Shown: positions 9,201 through 17,100 of the stretch, one piece after another
How the letters are laid out: each line of letters begins with the position of its first letter
Position numbering within the stretch: the first letter of the stretch is position 1
Virus record (IMG/VR): IMGVR_UViG_3300035701_000035
Span: 1-58,729 of that record
Reading direction: 5' to 3' (one strand)
DNA length: 58,729 nucleotides
Source of the DNA: a virus
Lineage: Duplodnaviria > Caudoviricetes
Made by a program: the position numbers and the translations under genes
Notes under the pieces: generated by a model
What the model saw: the letters and a program-made list of their open reading frames with translations, nothing else
Database searches by the model: none
Told to the model about the DNA's origin: nothing

Positions 9201-11189
9201 ATCAGAGTCTTGTCTTACAGCTGGTGTACTAGTAGGTGTTGTTCTTGCTTGTTTCTTTGGAAGAGCTTTTGGTGCTTCTTTATCTGTCTTAGCTTTAGTA
9301 ACAGGTTTTGACTGTGTTGGTTTTGGTCTACCTACAGGAATTATACCTTCAGATTCTACTGTACCTGTTGGAATTGCATATGTAAGATATGCATTTAATC
9401 CATTTTCATAAGCATTTTCTTCATCACTAATTACAATTTTTACATATGGTTTAATAGTATCCCAATAAATTACTGCCATGTCAGTAATTTTATCTCCTTC
9501 AATTGTATAATCAGTAAAAGTTGTTGCTTTATATTTATTATTAAACTGAACATTTGCTGGCCAAAATGCATCTTTTATTATATCTTTTGGTCTAGCATTT
9601 AATAAATGATTAAGAATAAGTTGTCTACCTTCTTCAGTAAATAAAACATCTTCAGAAATCTCTTTACCATTTAACTCTACAACAAAAGTTTTTTCATTAT
9701 TTATTGTAAGTACTTTTGTTACAATTCTGTCTCTGTTGTAGGGAAGATTAGTTTTATATCCTGTTTTAGGATCTTTCATCAATGCATTATTTATAAAGAC
9801 CTCAAAGTATGCTTTTCTTTCATCAGGAGTTAACTGTCTTCCCCTTATTTCTGCAGTAGTAGTTAAAACACTTGCTATCTTTTCTGCTAAAGGTCTATCA
9901 ATATCAGATCTTTGTAAAAATACTTCTTCATCAACTGATAATCCTCCAGCTGTATTCTTATTAATTATAAAATATTGTTTACCTTTATCTTTACCAACTG
10001 TTATAGGAACATATTTTTTAATATCTTCTTCACTAATTCCTGATTCTTCTAATGTTATTGTTTTAACTGCAGTAACAGGAATACCAAATGTTCCTCCTAA
10101 TATTGGAAGAATAACTTGTAAGTTATTATCAGACTCTTCAATTAATTTTCTTAACTGATAAAGATCATTCATTTCATTTTCTTGACGATCTTTTATTGTT
10201 TTCACTAATTGTTTTAACTGAGCATCAGTAACTTTAATTTTACCATTACTTTCTTCTTCTATTATAGTTGCTTGTCTTTTTGCAAGAACTTCAGGATCAA
10301 CAAGATTATAATGACGATTTGCTCTATTAGATAATAGTAATCTACCATCTACCAAATTTACTTTTCTTAAATATTGATATACTATACGACCCTCTTCAGG
10401 ATTATCTGTAATAGTACCATCAGGTTTAAAATAAACAAAATCTCCTTTAGAATCTGTTATAACTGCAGCTATACCAACATCATTTGGTTTATCTATTAAA
10501 TATTTTCTATCTTTTGCAGTCAATATATTTCTAGTTAACTGTGTAGTTAATGCAAGCACTACTCCATTGTATTCAATCTCTTCAGTACCAATTCTTTGTT
10601 TAACTATTTTTACTATAGCTTTAATTACATCAGAAAATAGTTTTTTTTCAGAATCTATTTTATTTCTATCTTCATCAGATACTGTTTCTGGATTAGCTTC
10701 CTCTGCAATTTGAATAGATGTAGTCCATGCACTACTAACTTTTGCTCCATTGTCTTCATTGTAAGACCAGAAACCCTCATCATTTACATCAGGAGAAAAG
10801 TCTTTTTTACTCTTGTTTGTATTTTTAATTTCAGAATCAATCTCTTGTTTACTCTTTTTTTTAGTTGCAATTGCTTTCCCTACTTCAATAAGATCAGCAA
10901 ATCTTTTTCTCATTTTTGCAAGACCATTAAAATCAAAATCATTATCAACCAGATAATCATTAACTTCTTCATCTTGTTTAACTAAATCAAATATATCAGG
11001 AATAGCTTGTGCATACAACATAGCTTTAACTTGATCACCTGTAGCATTTTTTATAACATTATATGTGTCTTGAACAATTTTATTCAAGTCAATTGCAGGT
11101 AATTCTGCATCATCTAATCTATCAATAACTTCTCCGTAAAGTACTTCGTAAAGATCTAATACTTGTTCTTTATTTAAACTACATGCCAT
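3..11189 (-). CDS. Giant virion-packaged two-barrel RNA polymerase (crAss-like, phi14:2 gp66 type) with accessory domains; at least 3729 aa, 3' end outside the window
   Basis: ATG at 11189 overlaps the upstream stop (TAATG) and reads MACSLNKEQVLDLYEVLYGEVIDRL. The same frame gives HEAWH (8640-8654), ADGQG (about 5472-5486), GVRIPVQG...AKSGGDFDIDKM (DFDID at 3783-3797), RGKG (414-425) and SKVKDIVYH (about 99-125). The track lists no closed minus-strand ORF in 1-11188, consistent with a frame lacking a stop before the window edge. Confidence 0.93.
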   Translation of the reverse strand, partial: MACSLNKEQVLDLYEVLYGEVIDRLDDAELPAIDLNKIVQDTYNVIKNATGDQVKAMLYAQAIPDIFDLVKQDEEVNDYLVDNDFDFNGLAKMRKRFADLIEVGKAIATKKKSKQEIDSEIKNTNKSKKDFSPDVNDEGFWSYNEDNGAKVSSAWTTSIQIAEEANPETVSDEDRNKIDSEKKLFSDVIKAIVKIVKQRIGTEEIEYNGVVLALTTQLTRNILTAKDRKYLIDKPNDVGIAAVITDSKGDFVYFKPDGTITDNPEEGRIVYQYLRKVNLVDGRLLLSNRANRHYNLVDPEVLAKRQATIIEEESNGKIKVTDAQLKQLVKTIKDRQENEMNDLYQLRKLIEESDNNLQVILPILGGTFGIPVTAVKTITLEESGISEEDIKKYVPITVGKDKGKQYFIINKNTAGGLSVDEEVFLQRSDIDRPLAEKIASVLTTTAEIRGRQLTPDERKAYFEVFINNALMKDPKTGYKTNLPYNRDRIVTKVLTINNEKTFVVELNGKEISEDVLFTEEGRQLILNHLLNARPKDIIKDAFWPANVQFNNKYKATTFTDYTIEGDKITDMAVIYWDTIKPYVKIVISDEENAYENGLNAYLTYAIPTGTVESEGIIPVGRPKPTQSKPVTKAKTDKEAPKALPKKQARTTPTSTPAVRQDSDYTLSMKAQIDEAGGNSEEYKQGLKVEKLAELVGLTEEQILGFRTIAAAELNEQPTARVKPVVKEKTAPITEEKAKEIRVQNNPSTRVNLLDDIINGSSNSALYKNKKEGLQRSKLRDKFLDKVFTSKADRDKAETWWKNSPLSKFISLERITEIVNSDAFATWSGYGITLYEADGGTSVDLYHEAWHGFSQLFLTKDTKINMYEQLLKLPKYANRKYAKPEDAYFDIEEDLAEEFRDYAKSKGKKATKGFLSKIFDTIYQFIQKMFGKTTKKQVATSLQDIATVKEMFDKLYRASATPEILSHLKPSMNNVILGKLNRSKTINDNFTLEESKKISDAMDSMMALIFQNYNRDFNTTAAALKLLKDPENKKDLYRDIYDRFERMRLAYVDAVEKDFDLILDPKFNEEYELLDKITNNFGNLTGTLDGTDKDNVIAYHVEKSRYRVLRDQYIEIEDPTNIEKSNLFKLNDGGNSISSKQLASEDTMMLLASIFKVTREDGDVVNNRDGLFGLPVLQDIDITWNRLAKILEGSFDEIDMYSRIYENSENYPELQQLQTLLPNPFFSAKNSLGLYNPMEFDVETNFWQDFKKPRIPFVQLNLNKEDSKSEDGVKVFEARVAKANFDVYQVMQDWKSNFMTADTTINPYVEKHTKLGYNMLNTAKIVKDFGVNGKFNYRKANEFLQAIGVVLDQSSSAIKEIINNRNEPFSTTFGIDRMYEIIKKVDKSSSSDTFKFKRDPLTYLLNPELLKDKDLELEDVRGRLRVLAGIQNAFSDGYSNFSVQTPEGNRVWEHMVDSTITRLVTAINFAENWLELTTDAADPNGKFKHMRWLNEANNTFSPFSKILGSIFDLNQMSPTYGQKISDTKLVLQNVAGTQMVSNRNEGGTSTASMDATSKYLQEFHTMLLSGVEEFMRHASKNTAMGLTIDGDIKTYNGKKDTKLYVDMVSFLPYADGVIKSYDILEGYLTGEANRIFRFQQDIDKFKNYAGYNRKVKRKDGQKTAVMAGQAFTAFDDMLTQPIQKELYAIIDKASANKLADFNLMTELDKNPTLRNKIRKDIETYFDLDTTANFNRLQKAKYVDKGLIERIQLTNESLTEKDIETALMKAYTYNSFIHKMETVIIAYGDLVQYNHAKEEFHKRNAGLASGGRGFRSDKRAQIYVSSLKNYYAEKRGYEVRNYDGTLKTAIVKEMQFNSVMYKEYRDEIEETIYARTKDRKKAKDLADKAASEYFSTDKPQMKIADGQGIISFESYRILKKLEGNWSDPQELLYRKVALGENVTAEDVVEFFPPYKLQYFGNIDSQGLPVNSFHKFSLAPVIPGVAKEGTPMYDLHEKMMKDQVDYVLFESGSKTSHIGTGDVILNPDGTFNKDSNFTVNTIYAEYLKNQTEVNASYKGKSIFSTQLRKLILDGLYVQGKVKSAKYQDITDERVKKYVDRVEEYTNLLKIDLLEEMGYDETSPGEYKAKDKSSIAKLVNMIRTNLEREDVLSDDLIDFIDVFDNSGELVHDLSFHPEAAKIEKLLLSMINKRIIKQKVSGEALVQVSVGLYSGQFTEPDLRKATKDEIKKWASKTYLLPTYHKKSNGFTAATKVMIAMQGTYYNLFNLEYNNNETVGVYNTDPIYDIAFSELKSTKGDTKLFILESDLTPEIKADLVLDNKNGKRVKGSTYQGIKVLGDFYSHKTLKSSDRDALDIIVVKSKEDAQKQYDAYVKGGAKQFTGIGNVTFSMENLDMNASLDRLNEKIKDDVWLDANDNANRKAITLVGVRIPVQGLNSMEFAEVFEFLPPQAGNIIIAPAEIVAKSGGDFDIDKMTMFMNTLDENGNVVKRSYKNNQEIKDLRGTDEFAKAIKLQKAALENELIDDIKNILELPDNYSSLIMPNGTFILKDIAEELSKHVMEYNPKKNKMTEDTGEISPTRVLEALYNVYKHESNIVGKKTLGLGAIENTFNIIMNSVGAYMPAEYVTSKVTRTSNMRLRHNKMKSKNGTEVISMSDLNDVDGVYKISDVISQMINGWVDVEKDAWIFFIQGNYEVAPTLLYLIKAGVPVKEAIYFVSNPLVREYVDEQRLAKSTYAEVLNKKPKSPGLAKYKAASEVIKNHFTKNELAQNSKNDDRYDKGQELLDKHFKDKKEKEFTEKEMMDLIVSNDKDSDIAKAMFLHYLELEQQISGYTALKMSFNPDTSTESTLSDVEQTEANIDELQYDSRIPTEVLDSLKNDSIISSFFNGPLALAVSRPLFKLRYHKAVSDYLIARKNQIRRDLESTFPGKNIEMFSNVFRNDIVSFILQNAVRKYKEEEGFMSLDMETKIPTSLAKELKRGAFVKNGTLYIDIKQLKKEFADESWIQGSDVENSYEERGLYPLHPATFMNNEETNFNEYQKFVSEREYLRSVYPLTTTYSNSAEFQEELKNTYELFPDLSNEKSVRYTYEKLLAVKALDNSYNFYHLFQDSDNSFAVRMAKLLQNHPLLAKDYPVLSRLKIDSDKSETAFNILLAEKSFDTDKSNLYSNDLKRLADSTVIKVSDPEENTRISEMFKYLNTFAFLQTGLNKTKLSFTNIVDNSEFLTIVEDEVDKFTDALDTHGFTVLDNFYDQFIRQNSVENFNKTRFKDYLSGMDYANPQRISPTITPTVKRSIVSTQPSTSVKSGVEELFDYNPELANQVYESLGFGNNKTQITQVKTNNKIITQYSDGTFDVIVDKEAYNKAKKEYNDNFKKRKNAIPQLIEDFKSGKRKDWGDDFLTNIIRNTFNGQFKYDKELNSFVTEEIEGDEENVDEGFKPAKFDKVTGKVGNRLGFNKVAESEIFKQLTEANNKILKDDLGILDLWKSQEGINRTKSEIQSDYDLYEFDKYKQLNKEFIAPKNKGYVIRTVNGGLLNDLYGSSGIQTAVAYQENGTMPLKDSKGNYKYDAYMFIDRIDATGVYIRYTEVKSDLRGKGISKLLLNRVRELYPNLPIHRTMIHNPIIVKQSLKIDGVTDKKGNKLTGLKTDNDIKKWLENNDELIIPPLSNQITPQQKQQALQAYSQYLDSIFPNSKVKDIVYHFGAKFLSNFNKPNSGKGIYFTTDKDGKYVFYP
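330..620 (-). other. GNAT-like acetyltransferase domain in the RNAP C-terminal extension
   Basis: GVYIRYTEVKSDLRGKGISKLLLNRVRE matches GNAT motif A (beta strand, V-x3-4-R-G-x-G-x-[GAS], helix). Confidence 0.72.
3760..3925 (-). other. RNAP catalytic region, R-I-P ... G-G-DFDID-K (DxDxD Mg-binding loop)
   Basis: Manual translation: GVRIPVQGLNSMEFAEVFEFLPPQAGNIIIAPAEIVAKSGGDFDIDKMTMF. DFDID is the variant known from crAss-like virion RNAPs. Confidence 0.92.
8400..8760 (-). other. Zincin-like metallopeptidase domain in the RNAP protein
   Basis: Translation DLYHEAWHGFSQLFLT...IEEDLAEEFRDY gives HExxH plus a downstream EExxAE helix. Confidence 0.75.
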
Positions 11190-14100
11190 TATTTACAAAT
11201 TTTTGAATTTTCTCCTAATTTATCTAATCTTGATTTTTTATCAGATGCTTTTGATTGCTCTTTTGCTTTTGCAATATCTTCAGCACCATTATCTCTTAAA
11301 TCTTTAATAGTATTTTTAGATTCATTAAAATCTTCAATATCTACTGGTGTAATCTCTACTGGTACTTCTGGTTCTCTTGCTTCCATAGTTGTTTTTTCAA
11401 AATTATCTATAAGTTCATCCTCTGTAAAGTCTCTAGACTCCTCTGTTTTAATATTCTTTAAAGTAATCAAACCTTTTTTCTTTTTAACTACAATTACTAC
11501 TTCATCAGAGATATCTGTAAAGATAGGATTTTTACTGATAAGATATTCATCTACAGCAACATTTTGAATAGAAACAATAGTTTTTAATTCTTCTAGTTTA
11601 GTCTTATATGCTGCAACTATTTGAGATGCATTTGTACCATTTTTCTGAGCATCTAAAAATGCTTTTTCATAAACTTCATTAATTGTATCTAAGGTAGCAT
11701 TATTTATTTCAGTAATAGCATCTGATACATCTTCTGTTTCAACTGGTTCTGTAAATGTTTCACCTAAGCCTTCTTCTCTTGATTGTTTGACAAGTTCTTG
11801 GAGTTCCGTTCTTGTAGCTGGTCTAGAAACTCCCTTTGTTGTTGTTCCGGTAGTCCCTTCATTCTTAGGTACACTAGACCTGTTCTGTACTTCTTTGTTG
11901 CCTGGTCCGAAGAGTTGGTCTGCTGTTTCTTGTTTTTTGCTGATTCTTCCATTTTTAGTTAAATTAATTGATGCTAAATCATTTAATAATTCATTCAAAG
12001 CATTAATTTGATTAGTAATATCATCTACTATGTCTCCACGATTAATTACTGAATAACCTAATGATTCTAGTTTTGTAATACTTTCCTTTGCCCAGTTAGT
12101 AATAGTTTTAAGATCTGCTCTCTTTACAGCTTGAACTCCATCCTCTATTAAAGTATCTAATACTTCAGGATAGTTTTCACTTAATATTTCTGTAATTGTG
12201 GTAGCAATAGCTCTTGACAAAGATAGATTTTCTATAGATTTTAAATCTTGTGTCTCATTTGCTTTTGTTGCTTTTGCAGTAGCTCTTTGGAAACCATTTG
12301 GTAATCTGTTTAATGCAAAGATATAATCATTTGCATTCTCACCATAGATATACATTTTGTTATTTGCTTCTGCTAAAGAAACTCTTTTATTATTTAGTTG
12401 TTTAATCTGTTCTTGTAGATCTGCTATTCTAGAAATGATATCATCTTTTGTAGTAGACTCTATGTCTTCTGTAGAAAGACTATTACGGAGACTACCTATT
12501 TTTTGAGCATAGTCACCAATCTGTTTATCAATTTTACTTATCTCTTCATCTTTAGAAAAGTAACTTAGTACTGTTATATTTCCAGTAGCATCCCGTAGTA
12601 CATCATATCTAACACCATTGATACTTGCAATGCTTTCATCTTTATTTGAAAAAGAAGCATTGATAACCTCTCCGTTTATAGTAGATACTTGACCAACAGA
12701 GTCAGTTGCTATTACTAAACTTACTCCAGCATCACTTAGTTTTAATAAACCATTTGAAACATTTTTACCAGCAATTTGTAATGGGAAAACTTGAGTAAAT
12801 CCTTTAGCTGATTTTATAGCTTCAGAAATTCTTTTAACATTCTTCTCTAATTCAGAAATAGTTTCTTCAGTTCCATACTGTTTCTCTAAAGTAAGATTAG
12901 CATCTAATGTATCTAATGTAAGTTGTAATGTAGATATATCATCATTAATAACAATTTCAACTCCAAATTCAGCACTTGGCATAAGTACTAACTTACCAAC
13001 ACGACCATTATAAATAACAGGTTGGTTTACATTTTCTCCAATTTTATTTTTAACAGGATCTGATTCTTTTATACCTCCCTCTACAGTAGTTTCTGTACTA
13101 GTTTCAGCAGCAACTTCCTTTTTAATAGGAGCTTTGATCTCAGGAGTAGTTTTTATAATTCCAAAGTCTGCAACTTCTGGTAAGTACTCTAAGTCAATAG
13201 TATCCTGACCATCAGGTACTATACTAGCTAATTCAATATCTTCAATATAACCTATTTTATCTTCACTTAGTGTAACACTAAAAGGCATCAACTTAAGATC
13301 AGGAGTTATAGCAGTGTTATTATGGAACATAGTACCATAGATAGACTGTTGAGCACGGAAGTAAGTAGACTTATCATATTGTGTTCCTTTACCAAATTCT
13401 TTCCATTTATACTCAGTAGATGTCTTAATATCTACAATAGCTACAGAACCATCTTCTCTTACTAATAGTAAATCAAGTTCTCCAGTTACTCCATTTCCGT
13501 CTCTTAGATTTCTATCAAATAATTTTACATTCTCCGATAGGATAGTATATGTACCATCAACTATTCCAAGTCTAAACTTAGTAACAATACCTCCAGGATT
13601 TGTAATACTAACAGGAGCAAATAATTTATCAAAAACTTTTCTTGACATCATATCTGATATCTTCATCATACGACCTTTTACTTCTACTGCATCGTCATAA
13701 GTAAATTCATTAAAGTTAGATTTAGAAGATGCATTAAGAGTTAAGAATTGTCTAATTAAAGTATCTACATAATCTCCTGCATCTGATGATTCTTTAAATG
13801 CATACTTTTGTATTGTTCTTTTTAAATCATCAAGTGTACCTACAGTGTCTAATGACTTCTGTACTGCATCAAGTTTTTCTTGATAACGGAATTGTTTCCA
13901 TCCACCTTTACCAGCTTGATATGCTTTCTTTTTAAAAGCTTCCATAAACAACCTGATTTTATCTTCAGCTTGAACTTCAGGATCATTAAAGAATTGGTTA
14001 TACAAATTTTCAACTGGAGAAGGAACAACATCTCCATCATCATTTACAGTATCTTTTATTGCATTATACTCAAAAGGATCTTTATTTAAAAGAGTTGTTT

Positions 14101-17100
14101 CTACTTCTTCTGCAACTTGAGTAGAACGAGCTGGCATAGGATCATTAGGACCTCTATCTTTAAAAGTTCTGCCAATTACATTCCCGTCTTCATCTGTAAC
14201 ATCAACAAGTTCATCTTGTTTATTGATTACATACTCTTGAATGATCTCAATAGTTTGCTCTGCTATGTTTCTTGGTCCAGCTGCACTTACTCTTGCATTA
14301 AGATATCCATTTAAACCTTCTATATCATCTTTAATATTTGAAATATCTTCTGGAGTAAGTTGTACTTGCTTTCCTTTAGTATTTGGATATGATCCATTTT
14401 CTAAAAACTTTTGAAATCTTTTTATAATACTAGAAATAACATATGTAGTTGTTTGAGCATTAATTTTTGTATTAATAAACTTAAGAACAGGAGGTTGAGA
14501 TAATTTATTAGCTCTATCTAATGAATTTTGTTTTGCAATATTGTTAAAAGATTCTACTAATGGACTTTGTCTTTCTAACCAATTAGCTCTAAGTCTATCA
14601 TATTCTACAGGATTAGTTGTTTTAATACTTAATGGTTCTTGTAAAACATCAACTAAATATGTATCAAACAAATCTGTAATTTCAGTTTGGAATGGTAAAT
14701 CAAAATCTTCAAAGTCTGTTTTAGTAGTATATACATCTGCAGTATTTTCATCAATACCTTTCTTTTTAAAATCATCTTTTATTTCTGCAGCAAGTTCATC
14801 ATACTGATCATTAATTTGATCTACAATTTCTTGATATGTCAAATACTCTTTTGTATTTTTTATATCAATTACTGGAGCTGTAGCTTTTTTACTTAATTCT
14901 GTTTCAATTTCTGCAAGTCTTACATTAGCATACTCAGTATAAATTGTAGCTTTAAGTGCTGCATCAATTCTAGTACCAAATGCTTCTTGTTCATCTTCTA
15001 TATCAGAAGTATCATACTTTTGAGATAAATTAAAAATTGCTTTATTTTTTTCTTTATCAGCTTTTTGTACTTCTTCCTGTTCACTAAAGAACTCTAATGC
15101 ATTAATACCTTGTTTTTCTAAAACTTCTGTAGACAAAACTTCAGCAGCAGCTTGAACATCAACATAATTATCTGATGCTAATTTATCAATTGCTTTTGTA
15201 ATAAGTTCTTTTTCTTTTTCAAATGCTTTTCTATCTTCATCACTAAGTTCTTCACTAGCAACACGTTCTGATTCTTGTTGTGTATACTCAGCTTCAGACA
15301 TTCCATATTTATCTCTAAACTTAGTTTCATATTTAATACGTTCTGCTTCTAATTTTTCACCTCTTTCATTTTCTAAATCTTGAAGTCTTTTATCAAGAAC
15401 TTGTTTTTGTGATAAAGGATCTCCTGCTGGTTTTTTTTCAGCAAGTTGTGCAGCTTTCATAAATACTCCAATGTACTCTTCATACAATAAAGAACCTTTA
15501 TTGATCATTCTGTTATTTGTAACATCTATAAAATACTCAGGAAAATATCGTGGATCTTCTATAAATTTATTAAACTCCTCTAGATCAACAAATATTCCTT
15601 GGTCAGCTAATGTATTTAGTAATGTATTTCTTTCAATTGCACTTATCTCTTGATTTACAATATCTTTAACAATTTCTTCTCTATTGTTATAAAGATCCTT
15701 CATAAATTTAAAGTTTCTCATAACGTGCTCATAGAAATCTCTTGGGTTAGAAAGTAAATTTACATACTGTGCAAGTTTTGCAGACTCATTTCTTAATACA
15801 TGTGTATCAAGTAAAGAATCAAATAATTCATCTATACCACCTGCTTCTTGTAATTCTTGTTCTAATTGCATTCTTTTTTTAGAATCACCAGCTAGACCCA
15901 TTAATAAATCTGAAAATGATTCTTTATAATCTAAAAACTCATTACTATTACCATTATCATATTGCTCAATAATAGTATCAATAGCTTTTAATGATACATC
16001 ATCTAAACTCATTTCTGGATTTTCTTTTAAAATCTCAGCTTTTACATTATCAAGTAATGATTTATTTATAAATAAATCTACAAGTTTTTCTTGTCTATCT
16101 TGGAAATTTGAATATAATTCAAGAAGTTCTCTTTTTCTAGTTGCAAGATCTAATGATTCTCCAGTACCAAAACTTTCTAAGTTTTCTACTTCAGTTTTCA
16201 TCATTTCAATTTCTCTTTGCAATCTATTAGGATCAGTTAATCCTGTAAAATCAGCAAAAGGAGATTCTTTTATAACAGACAATGAAGCTAATTGATCATA
16301 TAGTTTTTGTTCTCTTGTAATGTTCTTATCAAAATTCTCATGTAGAAATACATAATTATATAATGCTTGATTGTATGCTATATTATATACTTCTGCCATT
16401 TTATATTGCTCAGTATCTTTTTCATAGTCATCTAAGTTGGCCATGAATTTCATTTTATCTTTAGCAGTATCCCATCTATTAGATATTTTTTTTGCATTTT
16501 CTAATGACTTGTCAAATCTTTCAAGTGCTTTAACACCTTGACCTGGAGCTAATCCCCATGCTTCCTCTAGATCAGTAGGAGAAGCTTGTTTATATCCTTC
16601 ATAGTGTTTCAAGAACATGTTGAATGTTCCATTTTGTAATGAACTTAATACAGCTGAATTAAATGTAGCAAACTCTGCATCTCTAATTTCTTTTGTAGTA
16701 TGTTCATCTGAGTTATCAATTACTTTATTCAACAAAGCTATATTAGCATAGTTGTTTACTTTTGGATCAAAGAAATATTTTGCATTCTTATTTATAGTAT
16801 TTAATTGCTCTACAACAGTATCTGCTAATTCTTCTCTACCATCTAAATATGATTTATAGTTAGCATCTTTTTTTAAGTAATCATTGTATCCAATAGTAGC
16901 ATATTTTTTCATAACACCTGGAGCCTGTAATACAGTCCCCATTAAGAAACCAGATAAGAATGTTTCAAGTCCTTGAGCACCTATTTGTTTACCTATTGCA
17001 TCTCCAAGTAATCCAGAAGCATATCTATAATTTCTTGCATCTGAATTTTTAAAAGTATCTACATAATAGTTTTGTGTTGTTTCTTGAAGTACATCCTGTA

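Noticed and set aside
13300-13560. Calling the nuclease domain Cas4
   Set aside because: No Fe-S Cys cluster and no cas context; treated as a generic PD-(D/E)xK domain.
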